Assembly: GCA_039096225.1 (NCBI GenBank)
Contig: JBBPEB010000013.1
Location: 496,001 to 560,000, forward strand
Reading direction: 5' to 3'
DNA length: 64,000 nt
Source: Blastocystis sp. Blastoise
Taxonomy: Eukaryota; Protista; Bigyra: Opalinata
Part shown: positions 50,187 to 64,000 of the stretch, piece by piece
How positions within the stretch are numbered: position 1 is the first letter of the stretch
Layout of the letters: each line of letters begins with the position of its first letter
Notes under the pieces: generated by a model
The model's database searches: none
Seen by the model: only the letters and a program-made list of their open reading frames with translations
What the model was told of the DNA's origin: nothing
Position numbers and translations under genes: made by a program

Positions 50187-51008
50187 TAAAATAATATATA
50201 TATATATACAAAAAAACGATTATTTTCTTTATTTTTGTTATAAACAGAAAAAGTAGATAGAACATGATCATGTATATATTTAAATGGAGCCATAAAACAT
50301 CTCTGATCAGCAGATATATTATCCATATTCATTAATAAATCTATTATATATATATATATATAATAATAATTCATATAATATTAAAAAAAAAATCATATAT
50401 ACATAAATGTTCATTAAAAGCTTCCAAGTCGGTCATGTCTTCAACGGTATGAAATAATAGCTTCTATTCATAATAATAATTAAAAAATTTAGTATATAAA
50501 AAAAATATTATATTAAATACTTGATTTTTATAAAGAATTTCATTCAATTTCCAAATATACTATATATGAATTGAAAGTATTAGAAAAAAATAATAAGAAA
50601 TGTATAATAAAATACACTAATTGGTCGATCTCCTATTTTTATTGACGAATTCAATTCTTCCAATATGCAAGAAAGAATCTGTATACATGTAAATAATATG
50701 AATAGATTACAAATAATGAAAATACAATAGATTCATTTTTTGTATAAAAGAAAAAGAAACCATTATGATCTAAATGTAAGAATTATAACATATATAAAAT
50801 GTATAGAATTTAATTAAATATACCATCATAAAACATATTCACAATTATGGGATAACACAATTGTTTTTGTGGGCAAAATACCATGATATACGTTGAGTTG
50901 CAGTCATCTAACCAGGCCGTTTCCAATATCTATTATATTTACACGATTCAAAATAATGAAATGTACGCATGTGTCAAGCCCCTTGTAAAATTGTTCTTTC
51001 ATTTTCAT
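48660..51008 (-). CDS. PARP-family mono-ADP-ribosyltransferase (PARP16/6/8-like) with a C-terminal transmembrane anchor; many small exons
   Basis: Spliced motifs IYHGTSIKNLFSIYRHGL, GAMYGTGIYAS, VAYYF and STYSIVTDDEYIV. Last exon YLFYLYTFIAFLIAYLTFLPIVERNN*. Start codon uncertain. Confidence 0.78.
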
Positions 51009-51746
51009 ATCATAGTTAAACATAACTAATTCATTATAAATAATTCCTTCTTTCAAACTATTATTCATTATTAAGCATGAAAAGGAAGCTAATACAATTC
51101 TAACGTAAAAAAAATCGTTTAATATGGGGTTTGTTAATATTTTATGATTTATTATTTCATTTCATTTATAATTACATTTATCTATGATTTCATTAAAAAA
51201 TTCATATAATTCATGTGTTTTTTTCATTTTTTCATTTGATATCGATTGGTGGTGTTATTATGAATGATGATTTTTATGGCTGTCTACACATAAGATAATC
51301 ATGAAATATGTGTTGTATAATGAAGGATATTTGAAAACTATTTTTGAGTGTATCATTAATTAATAATTAATAAAAGCAACGAAACAAGTTGGAAATGTAT
51401 ACACAACACAATTGCAGAGCCTATCTAAAGTTTATTTTGATACAATATAAGAGAGTAAAAGTAGAAAATAACAAATTATGAAGACAATTACGAGAATTAA
51501 AAAGGAACTAATCCTTACGCAATATATTACATACAACTATAAGATAAAAATATATTGCGAATCAAGTATATGTTGAATTATAATAGTAATGATATTAAAA
51601 GTTTAAGAATAACAATAATGAAGTGTTTTTAATAAATAACAATAGAAATAAATATGAAAGAAAAATCCCATTATATATATGAGTAAATATAGAAAATAAA
51701 AGGAAAAATACAAATATATATATATATATATAAGGAAATATTTCTT

Positions 51747-53932
51747 TTAGACAGTATCTCGATCTTCTTCAATGATTGGTTCAAAATGATGACGACTCGT
51801 TGTCATAGTAGTATCTCTATCTTCTTCTAATAAAGGTTGATGTATAGAATTTAGAGTATCTTGTCTGAAATCAAATGAAGTTGGTTGAAATTCCATTGTA
51901 TCTTCAAAATCATCTTCTTCAATATTTCCTAATAAATGTTTTGAACTACATTTAGGTACAGTCATTAATCCTAATGAAGGTAAACGATCATCATTTGTAA
52001 CAAAATGAGGATCATTTGATAATATTAAACCAGATTGAATATCATTATTTCTTAAATATTCAATATCTAATTCATTACCATTTATACCTATTTCTACATC
52101 TAAAGATTTCTCTTTATTCTCTATTAATAAATCTTTTCCTTCTTTATATGATTTCATATATAAATCTCTAGGAATCTTTCCAATAGCTTTTCCACCTGGT
52201 AAAATAATCAATGCTATCATAATACCTAATATTATTATTCCTGTATATATATATATATAATTAATAATAATATAATAATAGATATTTTTTTGAGTTAACT
52301 ATTTATATATATAGTAATTTAGAGATATACTTATATATATTATTCAATATTAAAAAAATATATATACCTGTAGAAGAACTAATATAGAAAGGAAGGTCAT
52401 TGTTAATTGGATATATATATCCTAGAATAAGAGGTACAAATACTTGAGATAATTGTCCACCAAGAAGAACGACTGAAAGTGCCTGACCTTGTGTTTCAGG
52501 ACTGCTTTCAGTCTATATATTGAATATCATAAGATTTTATGTATATAGAATTCATATAAAAATTTATATATTTGAAGAAAGAAATGCATATATAGAATAA
52601 AAATTAATAAAAATGTTTAGATATAAGAATGATTATTTGTTTTATAAATAATGATTATATATATATATATAACATTATATATATACACTAACAACACTAG
52701 GACAGCATGGAGTAGCGAATCCAAATCCGATCATAATAATAATACATCCAAACATAGAAACATACAGATTTGGAGCATATATACATATAAAGAAACCAAT
52801 AACTAGAAATGATAGATAATGAATATTATATATATAATTCTATTAAAAATTATAATAGTAATCATATTTACAAATATATATAATAATCATATTAATATAT
52901 ATATAATTCTATTAATACATATATAATTATATTAACAAATATATATATAATTCTATTAATACATATATAATTCTATTAATACATATATAATTCTATTAAC
53001 AAATATATATATATATATATATATACAATCACAGACACCAGCGATGGCTGTAATTGCGGGAATAGACATATGAAGTGTATTAATAAAAATATCATAAATT
53101 AATCCTTGCTGAATTGCATTCGTCAGTCCTTCAGCACAATTCAGCATACTATAATACATACACATATAAAAATATAAATATTAAAAAAAGTATATAAATA
53201 TATTAATAGATAAATATATAAAAAAAAATATAACAAAATAAATTAATATATAAATATATAAAAAATAGTAAATTAATAAGCATATAAATATATAGATACC
53301 TATATAAGAAAGTGGTCATTTGAAATTTATTCTCTGCATAAAATGCATAAATAGCATCTAATGCAGCGAGACACCATTTATTACAAAACTCCTCTACTAA
53401 CACAGCGAACTATATATAAAAAAAAATAAATAAGATAATCGTGGTCAATAATCAATAATATACAATAAGCCAAGACATGGAGAATTTTGCTTTCGTTTCT
53501 TTGTTTTTATCTATAAAAAAAAAAGAAAAATAATATATATATATATGTATATATATATATTTATATATATATATATACTCATTGATTTTAAATTAATGAG
53601 TGCAGCTTTCTCACGTTCTATCTCTTTTACTATATATACATATAATAAAAATTATTTTTATAAGTTATACTTTTAAAAAATATTATTTATATAATGTATA
53701 TAATTTATTTAAAAAAATACTATTTCCATTCTTTTCAAGTTGTTTAATATTTTTCTTCATTGTTACTATTTCTTTAGCCATAGGTAATGTTTCTTCAATA
53801 AATAATAAACTAATAATTAAAGAAACTAAGAAGAGACAACATGAAGTCAATCTATAAGTTAATTATTATGATTATGATTATAAATAGTAGTGTTATAATA
53901 TCATAAATGTAAAAAATTATAAAAATAAGAAT

Positions 53933-53977
<45 letters not shown>

Positions 53978-54638
53978 ATAATAATAATACCATAATAATA
54001 ATATTACCATAATAATAATATTACCATAATCATAATATTACCATAATCATAATAATAATCATAAAAATAATAATAACATCATACAAAGAAGCAGTATGCG
54101 AGACTTGGTCTATAAAAGCAGCCAGAAGAGGTCCAAGAATAAAACCACAAGAATATATAGCATCAATTTGAGCGATAAACTTAGCTCTCTCATCAATTGT
54201 TGTTAAATCAGATATTACAGCTTGACATAAAGTGAATGAGCTATCAAAAAGACCCGTAAAGAGTCTTGTACCTATATATACCCATACAGATTTTGATAAC
54301 GTTTGTCCTATAGTACCTAAAAATATAAAAATCAACAGTCAAAACAATAAAATTAAAATAAAAGTGTTATATATAGTACCTATCAACTGTCCAGCTAGAG
54401 ATAAAGCAATAAAGTATTTTCTACCATATTTATCACTTCCAGAACCCATAAAAAGAGCTCCAATAAATTGAAGAGCAGCATATACACCAAATAGAATACC
54501 TACATGCGAAGAATCACCACCAAGAGACTCAACAATGTAAGGCGCTAATGGAATCTGTAAGGAATAGCCTGCAATATCAAATAGCAATAAAGCGTATAAG
54601 AACACTATATTCTTTTTACGATCCTGATTCTCAGTCAT
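51747..54638 (-). CDS. Major facilitator superfamily transporter, DHA1/TetA-like
   Basis: Motif A GSGSDKYGRK, 'RLFTG', 'AVISDLTTIDERAK', 'GFILGPLL' and 'PETQGQA'. Hydrophobic segments; GT-AG exons in frame. Confidence 0.88.
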
Positions 54639-55706
54639 CGTTAATTTCACATATAAAATACGAACAAAATATTATTTACTAAATTTTACATTTCTCTTTT
54701 TCAAAATAGCCAATAAATGCATAGAAAATAGGGAATTCATTTTGAATGTGTTTTTGGCGACACTATTCCCCATTTTATATTGGTCATAAAGTCAGTTACA
54801 GTTTCCTTTTTGAGGAAGAAAATAGAACTCTTCATCAAATTTTTTATCATGAATATTTTTAGAATTCATTCTATCAAATGCATTCTATTCTTGATTATAT
54901 CATTATCCAAAAAACATAGAATTCTTTCAACAATTCAATTTTCTATTATTGTTTTTTCATTGTTAAAGAAACAAGGATTTGATGAATTGGAAGGATAAGT
55001 ATATTTATATATATGTAAGAGGTTCATGAATATTTGCAGCAAAGAAATATGAAAAAAGAACAATTAATACGAGTCTCTTTCTACTATGATAATTATTGCA
55101 TAAATTCATACATTTATATTTGTAAAATTGATATATGATATCGACAGAGTCTCGAAACCCGAATTCTAAGAAGCAAAACGAACTATAATGATCTTTGTTG
55201 CAGATTTGAAATAGTCTTCAATAAACTTGTGCAGTCAGTGTACTTATGAAGTGAGACAAATAGAAGATGAATGAAAATGTATCCATTTAAGTGGGATATC
55301 AATAATTGCAGAGTAGTTTTTATTTCTTTTTTTAAATAAATTTATATAGGAATAGAGACATGTTGTTTTTGAAGTCTTTATACTTAAAATAATAGTCATA
55401 AAAGACTATTCATTAATGAAAAAGAAATTTCTGTTTTGTTATTTTTGCTTATAATAATTATAGCATTTTATTATGAAACGCTAATGACGGAACAGAATGG
55501 GAATAAGAAAAAGATTTTGTTTAACAACTTTTTCTTGCATTATACCTATATTATTGCATTTATTTGTACTATAATTATTTTGCAACATCAATATTAAACA
55601 TTTTAAAATGGGAAATATTTTAAATTCTGTAAATGTAAGATTGTCGTCGCTATGTTTTTTCCTATTCTTGTAGATTGAATCTAATGGCCGTACTATACCT
55701 AAGATT

Positions 55707-64000
<8,294 letters not shown>

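Noticed and set aside
54780-55700. Short ORFs and a moderately GC-richer stretch between the MFS and BEACH-family genes
   Set aside because: No recognisable domain, consistent exon chain or terminal repeats.

Overview
Very AT-rich, intron-dense eukaryotic DNA from a protist. The standard genetic code fits. AT-AC introns, a bacterial-type PepD and the gene set are consistent with a Blastocystis-like stramenopile, but that assignment is inference. Manual splicing gives 11 protein-coding genes: an ankyrin/FN3 protein (partial, -), an ERp18/AGR-type thioredoxin (-), a BTB-LRR protein (+), PepD (-), a NOL11/Utp8-like protein (-), CARM1/PRMT4 (+), VPS11 (+), a ~6,300-aa poly-Asn protein with an N-terminal pseudo-receiver-like domain (+), a tail-anchored PARP16-like mono-ART (-), a DHA1/TetA-like MFS transporter (-) and the N-terminal part of a neurobeachin/LRBA-like protein (+). 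A Tc1/mariner DD34E element with perfect 25-bp TIRs and a perfect heat-shock element sits in an intron of the giant gene. The most unusual signals concern splicing. There are two AT-AC (U12-type) introns. A CARM1 intron required by protein conservation starts with CC instead of GT. A hairpin-headed candidate AT-AG intron lies in the giant gene. In three introns the start of the intron copies the start of the next exon, which is either real biology or an RNA-polishing artefact. Most short poly-I/Y/L ORFs in the ORF track are microsatellite artefacts.
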